Shown here in pieces: positions 36,801-48,800 of a DNA stretch of 64,000 nt. The stretch is from Thalia democratica (Eukaryota). The stretch spans positions 1 to 64,000 of the forward strand of contig CBDBBG010000121.1 of NCBI GenBank assembly GCA_965202585.1, in the 5' to 3' direction. The position numbers and the translations under genes are program-made. The first letter of the stretch is position 1; every line of letters starts with the position of its first letter. The notes below the pieces were generated by a model. The model was not told where the DNA came from. It saw nothing but the letters and a program-made list of their open reading frames with translations, and ran no database searches.

Positions 36801-39800
36801 CGATGGAATCGCTAAAATCCCCATCCACAGAACTGTTGGCATGGACGGACCCGTTAGCGTTGCCTGGGTTACTAGGGACATGTCGGCGTTGGCAGGAACC
36901 CATTTCGTCGGAGGAAGGGGCGTGTGCAATTTCGCTGATGGACAGGTTTGATTTAATTTAATGATTATTTTAGCTTTGATTTTGTTGTAAAGTTTAATGA
37001 AATACTTTACTATAGTTATACTTATGTATTTGAATTATAAAGTGTATTTATATTCAACATGCTTTGTATAAAAGTTTATTAATGTTTGTTTTGAAATTAA
37101 ATGATATATAACAATCCACGAAAATAAAACATTTAATAATAACACAAAAAAGTTTTTGACAAAATTTTAAGTTGTTTACAGCTTAAGGCTAGGTTTTAAA
37201 GAAGTTAATGTTTTGATATTTATTTTTGTAAGCAAATTTTATATTGTTATAATTTATTTAATAAAAAAAATTATAGTGTTACGTAAGGATAAATTAAATT
37301 TTGGAAAATATGCATTTAGTGATTTAATTGCTTTTTAATTTTGCATATTGTGTGTATATTATAAATTTTAAGTATTTCTTTTTGTAACTGCTGTTAATTA
37401 TCATTTTTAAAGGATTAATTCAACTTTACTCGTTTAAAAAGTTTGAGGAGTTTGCCAAAAAGCATTAAAAACTAATTCAGTTCAATGTTTTTTGTACTCT
37501 TCTCCTTTTATCTGTTTTACGTATATTTAAGTGGTTGAGTTATGTTTCGGAAAACTTTAAACACTACTATAACGAAGTGTTTTTATTTAAGAAGTATTAA
37601 AAAAGTAATAAAAAAAATATAGGTGACGCAAACAATAGAAATCCAATTGATAAACGACCACATATACGACGAGAATGAGAAGGCGTTCAACATTCAACTG
37701 GAAGATGTGAAGGGTGGCGCCGAACTGGACCTGGACCACTGCATGGTGACCATGCTGTCCGATGACGAGTGCCCGCTTGTACAATTTCCCAAGGACGCCT
37801 ACCCCTTCATGGGTTCGTTGATTGATAATTAATTAAAATAATAAAAACAATCTAACGAAGTATATGACATATACAGTGTATGCCTTTTGACTGATAGAGC
37901 TTAAACAAAACAAGTAATTGTAAGTTCAATACTCGTAAAAGCAATACTTTTATATAAAATCTTATTACTTGGATTTATCGTGTTTCCCGCTATAAATTAT
38001 TTTTTAGTCACAATGTAATATTTTTAAAACAGAAATGATTGACATAACTAGTGACTTTTTACAACCTTTTTAGTGTTAAAAATAGATATCTAAAATATTA
38101 AATAACCTAATTAACACTTAAAACGTGTTTGTTTAAATGTAAATAACAACTCATAACAGAGAACTGCGGTGAAGCTGACGTGACAGTGTTGCGTACAAGG
38201 AGCACCAGAGGTATATCGATGGTGAAATGGCACACAGAAGACGACACTGCAATTGCTGGAAAGGACTACGTACAATCATCGGTTTGTTGTTAAACAATTT
38301 TAGGTTATATACACTTTATAGAAAAGACAATAAAAAATAGCAAATTTTGGTTGTTTGATGCAAAAGTCATCATGGAATAAAACAGAGAACTTTGATAATT
38401 AAAAAAAATCTTATCACAGACAAATTAACAAAATTTATCATAGATTTTTAAAAGCTAATCTAATTTTTGTGACCCAAATGCTATATGTAACCGTATGTTC
38501 GTGTGCAAGTTTGAAAAAACTTTATCACAAACTAACAGGGAGTAGTAACGTTCGAGGATGCAGAAACGGAATCCCACATATTCGTTCCAATCATTGATAA
38601 CGACGAGTACGTCACAACAGGAAGATCGTTCAGAATCGTTTTATCTGATCCGTCAACCGGAACAAAACTGGCACCGCTCAACACCGTCAACATTTCCATC
38701 ATCGAAGATGACGGTTTGTGCTCTCAGTTGTAAATAACCTGTAAGCTTAGACGTTTGCAAACTCGCAAAATTACATATTTAAGTATATTAGCTCTTAAAT
38801 AAAAAGAAATGTAGAATGAAACGTTAAATTATGATTGATTTGTCTAGTTCATTTTTCGGACTTTTTATAAATTTTTGCTACTACAAGGTTTTAAGAAAGA
38901 GATTTAGAATTAGTTTATTTTTGTCATTTAACGCTTCGAACTTAAAGTGGCCGAGTATTACATCTGTTGTGTAAACATAACACTTGTACTTAAAATCTTA
39001 AAATAGAAAACAAGTACAAAACAAGCTATACATAAAGAAAATAAATAAAACACTTTAAGATAAAATATAAAAATCTTTATCACAAAAAAAAAAATCTGGA
39101 AAAGGGAATACCTAGCTTAAATTAAAAGCTAATTTACAGTCGCACACATATTCTATTCCACCGACCGCGAATTCTATCAAGAAACAAGAGAACGCTTTCA
39201 AATGAAAAAAATGCTAACCTCAAATGACATTTAGATAGGAAATGCGCCCGTGGCTAAAACATAAAGTAGCATAACTTTTATTAAAATCGTAGTTTTGCAA
39301 GCCTACATGAAACTGTTACACTAGCTTTTGAAATGATTTTTAAAAATGTTGAGAACTTGAAAAGTGTCTGAAAAAAGCTAATAGGTGATTAAGCGCGCTT
39401 ATTTTGTACTTGTAAAAATATCTGTCTAATTCGTATTTAATTGCTCGTGAACTTTCAAAAACCGCATTAGATAGCGATTGTTGAAGTACTTATTTAAATG
39501 ATTAAATCAATTATAAAAAAATCTCTTTAAACACTGAAACAACACAGTTTATTTTTTACCAAATTGCCGATACTTAAAAACAGTTTGTTTTATATTAAAA
39601 AACAGATTGTTTTCAAAAGCTTAATTGTTTTTACTTGTTATTAAAAACTATGCACGCTTTTTACAAATTTATTTTTTACTAAAACGTTAATGACTGAACT
39701 GCTTTTAAAATTAGAAAAAAAACTAAAAACAAATTATTTATGAGACCAAAAATTAGTATCTGCGAAATTTATCTAAAACTTGTACAGAACCCGGAGTGTT

Positions 39801-42800
39801 TGAGTTTTCGAAGCCGCTGCTCATAATGAGATCGCACAAGACCCTCGGGAGACTGACCATTATCAGGTCTCTTGGATCAGACGGCGAGATCAGAATCCCA
39901 TGGATACTTTCTGCCAACGAAGGAAACGTCGAAGCTATTCCAGATGGTTTGTGTTAAATTTAATTTTTTTGTAGGTGAGCAGAATAGTCAAATAGAAAAA
40001 CTATTTGATTTTAAATTTAAGTTGAAGATCAAATAGCCAAGTTTTAAACTATATGCAAAAATAACAGCAACTTTGATCTTCAACTTAAAATTGAAATCAT
40101 AGCATGAAGTTGCATAACTTTCTATTTAGAAATATGTTGTATTGTTTAGTTATTTTAAAAACAAATCAATTTAAAAATTTTAGTTAAAAATTAACATCTT
40201 AGATATCATAAAGTAAATCAAAAATTGCATTGAATTATTAAACATATACAAAATAAATTATATTACCCAAAATACAAATTATAAGCGATTATCTCATGTT
40301 TGCCGACGCCACTGGAAATAAACAGGCGAAACCTCAAATATTCAAAATTTGAAATATTCGGTTACTTCCGTCCGCAATTTATTCTACATGCCAAAGGAGA
40401 ATTTCTTCAAAGCGTTTTAATTATTATTAAATCTTATTAGATAAATTATTTTGTGGTTTACAGAAGAATATGTCGAAAAATATAACCTTTTTTCAACCTT
40501 TTTGTAAAATTTATGTAACAAATGCGTAACAAAAGACAACTTCACAGAATTTTACTTATCAAATTAAGAGTTTATATTAAAAATATAAACGTAAACAAAT
40601 TCGATACTAAATACACTTAAAAACGCTTTTCGTCATGTAACTAAAGGCCTTCTGAGCATGAAAGGAGAAATGTTGTTCGGCAACGGAGAAATAAGCAAGC
40701 ACTTGGACCTCGACTTGTCGGAATATAAAGTTGTCGAGGATATCTCATTCTTGTGCTGCATGCTCCCACCTAGCGGAGGGGCGAAACTAGGCGTTAAATC
40801 GAAATCAGTCGTTCGTGTGTTCGCTGAAGAAGGTTTGTGTTGATTGATTTTAACCTGATATAGTAACATTAGTTTACATAATTGATGAATAATTTGTTTT
40901 ATAAGATGTTTTCATTATAAAATCTTTCTAAAATGTTTATATTCTACATTAACTACAAAATGATAGTTGTGGTGCAAATCAGTAAAAATAGTTTTTTTCC
41001 ATAACTTGTTACGAGTTTTACACAGTTATTTAAAAGCTTTATCAAGTTTACATAAATTTAATTTTTCACAGAAATTAAAACGAAAATAGATCTCAGTTTT
41101 CAAAAGTTTAGAATAAGCACAACTATATTAGCTTGTAACTTTCGTAACTGAATTGTTTACTAATAAATACTAATTGAAAACATGTTCTAGCAAAAAGTCA
41201 AATTTGTTCAGATCTCGGAACAATTTCGTTCGCGCAACCCAGTTTCGATGTCATGGCAACCCAGGGAATAGTGACCTTGTTGGTAACCAGATCAGGAACC
41301 TGCGAGAATGCTGCATTTGTTATTTGCGAGACTGGTGACGGAACCGCTCAGAGTGGACTTCACTACAGAGGTGAGTATACTATAGTTTAAAAAAAAGTTT
41401 ATTTGTTGTATACTTATTTAGTACGCTTTTAAACGCAGAAAATAAAAATATTTTTCAAAAAAATAAAATTGAAAAGTTAAGAATTTTACAAAGAAAATTA
41501 GCTTTTGTTTTTCTATTGGATAGACGAAACAGAGCATAAAGTTTTAATGCGAGTTTCAAAAATATACTTTTAAACAAAATTGGCGATTTGCTGTGTGTTT
41601 ATTTAAAATATTCTTACATGTTCAAAAGCAAATCCTTTTACTTCCATTAAATTTACCCAAAACCACGAGTTCATTTAAATTATCCGCGTGTGCAATGCAA
41701 ATTATTTTATGGATTATCGAAACCGATTATTTGCATTTTTGCTGCAACGTGCTTCGCGCTTGAGTGATTGTTCAAGCACCGTTATGACGTAATAACACAC
41801 GTGTTTGTAATTACCGCCTCAACACAGAGAGGTGTTACATTCAAGTGTAGTTCAAATTTCGTTGATTTACCGCAGCAGCTTTTAAACCGGTTTCGCACGC
41901 TTTGTATTTTTTAACAATTTTTTAGTAGAGCTTGGTTATCATTTAAAACGTTTTAAACATTTTTTTGTGTTTTAAAAAGAAATTACAATAGCCATTGAAC
42001 TGTAAATCAAAGATAATAATTTAGTTAAGGAGTCAAAGCTTTCAAATGAACTAAAATTTTTTAAGTTTATTTATAAATATTATGTTGTCAAAACTTGTCG
42101 TTTTTACATAACAATACGAATGTAAAGCTGACCAATATACAATGCTTATTTATTTTTTCTAATTTGATAACGATGCTTACGATAATTATATTAAATAGAC
42201 TGTAAAATACGGTAAAAAAATAAATAAAACCTTTAACTCAATCTAAACAAAAAAAGCAATAATTCTAGTTTAATGCAAATAAGTAAATTCACAGGTGGCA
42301 AGATGAGCGTGGTGTTCGATACTGGCGAGGCGACGAAGCAGGTGCAGATTGCAATATACAACGACCCGAACCACCAGGGTGTGCTGAACTTCACCGCGAC
42401 ACTGCACGGGTCGCCCGGTGGACCCAGCATTGGCGATTCTGGCAAGGCGCAAGTTAACATGACTTGCGTCTCTGCAGGTTTGATGGTTGAAAATAAACAA
42501 GTTTAAAAGTTGATGTGATATGCGCTTAAAGAATAAAAACACTTGATACATCAAGCTTAAACTAAAGCCTAAAATTATCAAAACGGTTTTTGTTTAAATA
42601 AGTATGACTTTTGTTTAGAATTGGTTGTGATTCTGACTTACAAGCCCTTATAAAAGTTAAGTTTTAAATTTCTATTAAATTTGTTTAAGTTTCGATGTGG
42701 AATAAAATGCTTAAAAGTTTCGAATACACAATTTAGTTTTTTAAGTTTTGAATAAACACTTTAGTTTTTTAACTTTTCAATACAGTACAAAAATATACAT

Positions 42801-45800
42801 TTTTTTTGTTTTAACAAAACAACTATTAAAATAACTTCAGAAATATCTTTAAAACAATACTTGAGTTTTCTAAATGTTTAAAAAGTATTTTTTTATAAGA
42901 ATGAATCTCATACGAAAAATAAACGTTTTGTTTTTTTTTTTTTTTTGGTATTGTTAATTTGAGATTTAGGAAATAGTATAAATTTTAACACCAAGTTAAA
43001 CCAAAGATAGAAATGAGTTTAGTTTAGAAGAGTAGTAGAAACTACAGTTTTTATTGTGTAAACATAAATTGATCGCTTAAAACTGTTTAAAATTATTCAA
43101 AATAGTATTTAGTTATACTGCTGTATTTTAAGAGCTTTCAAAATACTATATTTTTTTAACAAGTCTGTTGTCAAATTAATTTGATTTTAACAAAAGTATA
43201 AATTTAGCTATAAATTTTTTTGAAAGTTTTGTAGCAAACAAATATTTACTTATCTGATCCATTGTGCTTTCAATTTTAATGCGGTTTCGCTAAAAAGTTT
43301 ACTACTTTAGCAAACAACTGAAACCACTGCTCTAAAGCAAAAAGCTCTAAGTAGCCAACACTTTTATTTGTCTATTGAAAGGCAGAAGTTACAGAAAATA
43401 GTAAAATAAATCACTTTTTGACATTTTATACGGGATTACTGGTCCATTATGTAAAACATGATAAATTTGGTTGTGAAATACCAAGACATAACACTTCGTG
43501 ATGTATTACAAATGTATAAAGTGCGGTTGGATTGAATATCAATCTGTAGCTGTAGGCTATACGCTTGATAGCTTTAAATCTAAGCGCTAAGGAATTTGTG
43601 AATTCATCTCCATAAAGATTAAATTGCGTCGCGCTAAGAAGCCATTATCACGTAATTACATTTTATTACGAGGGCTTTCCAATTTAACATTGAATACACA
43701 CTTGACAGCTATTGCAAATTACTTGAAAAAACTACACAGCTATGCACAGCTGAGAAATAACTTTGATATTTTTTTATTATCATATAATGTTAAATTAGTT
43801 TAACCAAACACCATTTTTAAGAACTGCTGTAAATTGAGGTAAATTTTAACTTAAAAAAAACGACGAAATTTTTCATGTTATTTAGATGTATTTAAATACT
43901 TTTAAACAGCGGTTTTTGATAAACTACAAAAATTAACAATATTGTCTTCTCTAATGAGCACAAATATTGTCTTACTGATCTATAAAACTTATGTTTTACT
44001 GGTATTTGTTTAAAAAAGATGCTTATACTCAAACAACTTTTTTGGTAGAAGAAATGCAACAAAACTAGTAATTTTAATGAACTATTTTTTAGTGTTAATA
44101 TATATATACCTATGCCGACTAAAACAAAACTAACTTTTTGAAAAAAATCGCGAAATTACCTAAAATTTAGAATTAGTATAACCTTTTTACAAAAGGTACC
44201 TATGACTTTATTTATACAAACAGTTCCAGTGATACCTGTGGGTCTTGCTCCAACATCGGGACCTTGCACTGTTGAATTTGCTAAAGGAAAATACATTACA
44301 AGAAGAAGTGCCAAGGTGAAATTTTGCATTTTACTTTTGTTGAATGTGAACTCGACACGCTAAATTTATAATAAGCTTACACTCTAGTGCAGTGAACTAT
44401 ACCAAAATAAAAATGTAAAATATACTGCATATTAGATAAAACTTTATTATGGAAAATATAAGCTAGCTACGCTACAATTTTTTGGTGATTCACTGTGTAT
44501 TTTAAACAACATATAAGTAGACATTTTTTGTATTTGAACTGAATATAAAATTTTGACATGAAATTTTAAACAGTTTTCTTTTTCAGTAAAACAAATATGT
44601 TATTTTAAGTTTTTTAACAGAGTTCAGTTCATTTGGTCAATCGAAAAAGTTAACCCCAATAAAAGTAACCAAGATAAAAAAAAATGAAAAATGTATTTTT
44701 TACGCAGAACTTGCGCATTCCAGTACATCGTTCTAACACCGAAGGATGCTGCGAGGCCACTTGGGTTTGTGACGTCACTGAAGACGATCTTGACGTCATA
44801 ATCAAGGTTGAGGAGAACAAGAGAAAGTCCGTCATTTCCATGATATCAGCATCTTCTCTTCAGTCCTCAGGGGAAAACTCATCCGACGAAGATGGTCTCC
44901 TAACTGGAACGGTTTGTTGAACAAAATTAATTTTAATGACAATATCTGTTTTAGACTGTGAATGATTAATAAAACAAATATAATACTGTGCGCATAATTT
45001 CTTATTAGTCCTCATGAGTACTTTGTGAATTGTTTTCGAGTTTAAGCTTACAACATGCAAAATAAATTTTAATTGTTTTTTTTTAATAAAAGTTTCTTAA
45101 ATGAAAAAAAAATCTTAGTTTAAAACGATATTTTGAGTAGACTCTATTGCAACATTACGCATTAATAATTCAAACAGCACCTTGTCCTTATCAAAACAAC
45201 TAATTTCAGATAAGATTCGAAGACGGAGTGAGCACGGTTGAGATCGAACTCCCACTGAGAGCAAAGAAGGCGTCAACTTCCCCGCAGAACGAAGCATTGG
45301 TCAGCTTGTCCGGATTGAGGTGGGTTGAAACCGACAAAGATCCCGAAGACTTGAGGTTGGGACTCAAAGAGGCTCAAGTCATCATACTCAACGATATCGG
45401 TGAGGAAATTCAAACTGATTTATTCAATTAACCATAAAAATTAGTATAACAAGTTTATTACTAAGATTACAAGTCTTTGATCAATTAAGTTGTTTTTGAA
45501 CTCTACAAAGTAAAAGCTAATTAAAGTACATACAAAACATTTAGATGGTTTTATCTAATAAAGTATAAGTACTTTTTTACTATTATGAAACAGTTAAAGA
45601 AATAACTAAACTTTCAAATCAACAATACAGACGCTGGAACGCTGGGATTTTCCAAATCGACGTACTCAGTGAAGCAGAACGAAGGAGTGATCACCGTTCC
45701 GGTTCACCGACTTGGCGGCATGGACGGAAAAGTGGCTACAAAATGGCGCACGACGGAAAAGAGCGCGAAGGAGGGCAGAGATTTCGAGGGAGGAAGCGGA

Positions 45801-48800
45801 ACCCTCACCTTCCTCCACAATCAGGTTTGAAAATAATAAAGTATCTATCATTTTAAAGAAAATATTGTATATTAGTGCTAATTAAGTTGTTTTTATATGT
45901 TCGGAAAATATGATTTTGATATAATTTTATTAAAATTTTTTAAATTGTCCGTTTTAGTTTTATCAATCCTGAACTTATTATTTTTTTAAATACCAAAAAA
46001 CTATATTTCAGTTTCGTAAACATCTTAACTTACTTTAGAAAACTGCAATACTTAAAAAGTGTTCCATATAAAACAGTTACTGAAAGTTTCCATTTTATCG
46101 TTAAAAAAGATATCTGTATAGGTACAGCAAACAATAGAGCTGAAGTTGAAGGATGCCATCAGAGATGACAGCGATGAAAGAAAATTCACGATTGAGTTGT
46201 ACAAGATAAGAGGAGGTGCAAAATCTGGGTTGAGACAAGCAACTGTTTACATACTTGCTGATGAAGGTATTGTGTTTTTATATGTATAATAGAAATCTAC
46301 TTTCACTTTAGAAATGTTAAAAAGTTTTATGCAACGTTTCAAACTGTCTTTTAAAATTTTGACTTGTTTATTGATAACAAGTATAGAAATACTTTTGTTT
46401 TAATAAACGAATTTTAACAACTGACCGTTTTATTTAAAATAAATATATACTAAATATATACAATTAATAAATAAGTTAGCTAGAGTATGTTTTACCTTTT
46501 AGTTAAGATAATTGAACTTAATTCCATAAAATGTTTGCAAAACACCCGCAAAAATCAATCAAATTTAAAAAGAAAAACTAAAATAAAAAAAGATACAAAA
46601 ACTTGTAGATACAAGAAAAAATCTCAAATTTTACAAAACAAAATGTTTTTAGATCGCAGCATTGTGCAGTTCAGCAAGGAATCATACCCGGTTATAGGAA
46701 ACGCAACAAGCGTCAAAATTCCCATCCTCCGCACTGGAAGTTGTCAGAAGAAATCAGTTGCAGTTTACAAGACTGTTGAGGGAACTGCGAAGCCTGGTGT
46801 TGACTTTGATGATAAACAGGTATAATTGTGCAGTAAAACTATAAACTAAAGTAACAGACAAACAACTTACTAAATTTAGAAATTTTATACTAATTTTGGT
46901 GCTAGGTAATGTTTTAAACCTCTGTTTAATTGATAAGTTTTATTACTTATCAGTAAAGTGATACTTTAATAAGTCCTTAATACTTAAAGTTTATAATTAG
47001 TATAACTTATGGTGTACTATAGGTATAAATTACATTATTGTAACTGTAAAGTATTATTGCTTTTAAATGTTACATGTTTTTTTGTTATACAAGAAAGTAT
47101 TTTAAAATCTAAGATAAATTCTTACACAATAAACCACTTTTTTAAAACTCTTATTACATTATTAGGACTACGTGGTGTTTGAGCCCGGTATGACTCGTGC
47201 CACCATTGAAGTTGGCTTGTCGGGTAAAGCTATTGAGGCTAAGGAGTTCACCGTGGAGCTGTCAACCGATGCTGAAGATGAAAACGCTCCTCAAGATAAG
47301 GATCTCGGTAAATCCGTGCTGGGAGCTGTGAAGACGGCAACCGTGTCTATTGTCAGCGCCAGAGGTTTAATGATATTTTAAGTATTTTTTTAAACTTAAA
47401 ATTTATTTCAAAGCATTTTAAAATAAAGGTTTAAATAAGACGTGTATTGTTAAAGTACACGAAGAATAATACTTTAAATTGAATTTCATAAATACATAAA
47501 TAAAATATCAAAAAAATTCAAACTATTATTGAGGTAGTAAACAAAAATTTATTTCCTTAAGTAAGTTTAACAAAAGTTTACTAGATATTCAAAACAACAA
47601 CCAGTTTAGTTATGCAATTAAGAAATTTTGTTGAACACAGAACCAGGTCAGTTCGACTTCAGCAAGCCGTCGTTCGTGTTCCGAACCAGCAAGCCGGTCG
47701 GAATGGTCCCCATAATCAGGTCGGGTGGCACGGACGGTCAAGTTGATGTACCGTGGCGCATCGAGTCACTCGACAAACCTTCGCCGTTCGCCGGTGCCGA
47801 GGGAATACTCAAGTTTCAGGACGGGGAAGTCACCAAGAACGTGGAGATCACGCTGGAGGGCGTGCCTAGCGACGAGTTCGTCATGGTGCTGTTGCCAAGC
47901 GACGACGGCTGCCTGGTGCTGGGCAGCTCGACCAGGGCTACTGTGACCATCATCGGTGAAGCAGGTTTGTCGAACTTTAAAACATTAATGAGATTTAGAT
48001 TTTTAAACTCTATTGAAGGACTGTGTTTTTTAAATATTATTGTTTTTTTTTAAATAGACACTAAAGGTGTTAAAGTTATTTTATTTTTTGTAAACTCTGT
48101 CTGGTTCTTCAAGTTCTAAATATCAAAGTTTTTATATAATCTAAAGCGTAACACTTGTACCTAAATAGTATTAGTTTAATAAAGTTTATGTTTTAGCTTG
48201 ATCAACTATTGATTTTGTTTCTTTTGTACTAACAAAATTATTTGTACTTTAAAATAATTCACAGAGGAGCCAATGATAGTGATGAGAAGGCCTCAGCTGC
48301 AGCTGAAGTCGGCCGAAGTGGTCGAAATCACCGTGTTACGTCACGGAAACGTCAATGACGTCACTTTTGTCGGCTGGGAAAGCGCTAACGGAACGGCCAT
48401 CGAAGGTGTCAACTATTTGGGCGGATCCGGTAATTGCTAATATATTTTGAATTTTGTTTGTACATTTTGTATGGTACTTAGTGTAAAAAGAAACTGTTTT
48501 TTGATAATTTTAATAGTAATAAATAAAACTTTTGTCAGAACATACGTAAATTTTTGTAACTTTTCTTGATTCTAAAAACTTATACTACCGTGAACTGAAC
48601 AAAATATCATAAATTAACATTTGCTTGTTTAAGAAATAGTATTTTTAAAGTTTTACTTCAATTGTTGAATTTATTTAGGAAACATGGTGTTTGATCCTTA
48701 TGAAACAAAGAAGAAGATCCTGATACCAGTTTTGAAATTGTCCGAAGAAGAACCAATAAACTTCACAGTCACTTTGTCGCATGTTCGCGGAATCGGTAAA

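Noticed and set aside
40296-40360. [18 protein letters not shown], vaguely like a pogo/Tigger DDE motif
   Set aside because: It is only 18 codons, with no flanking similarity or TIRs.
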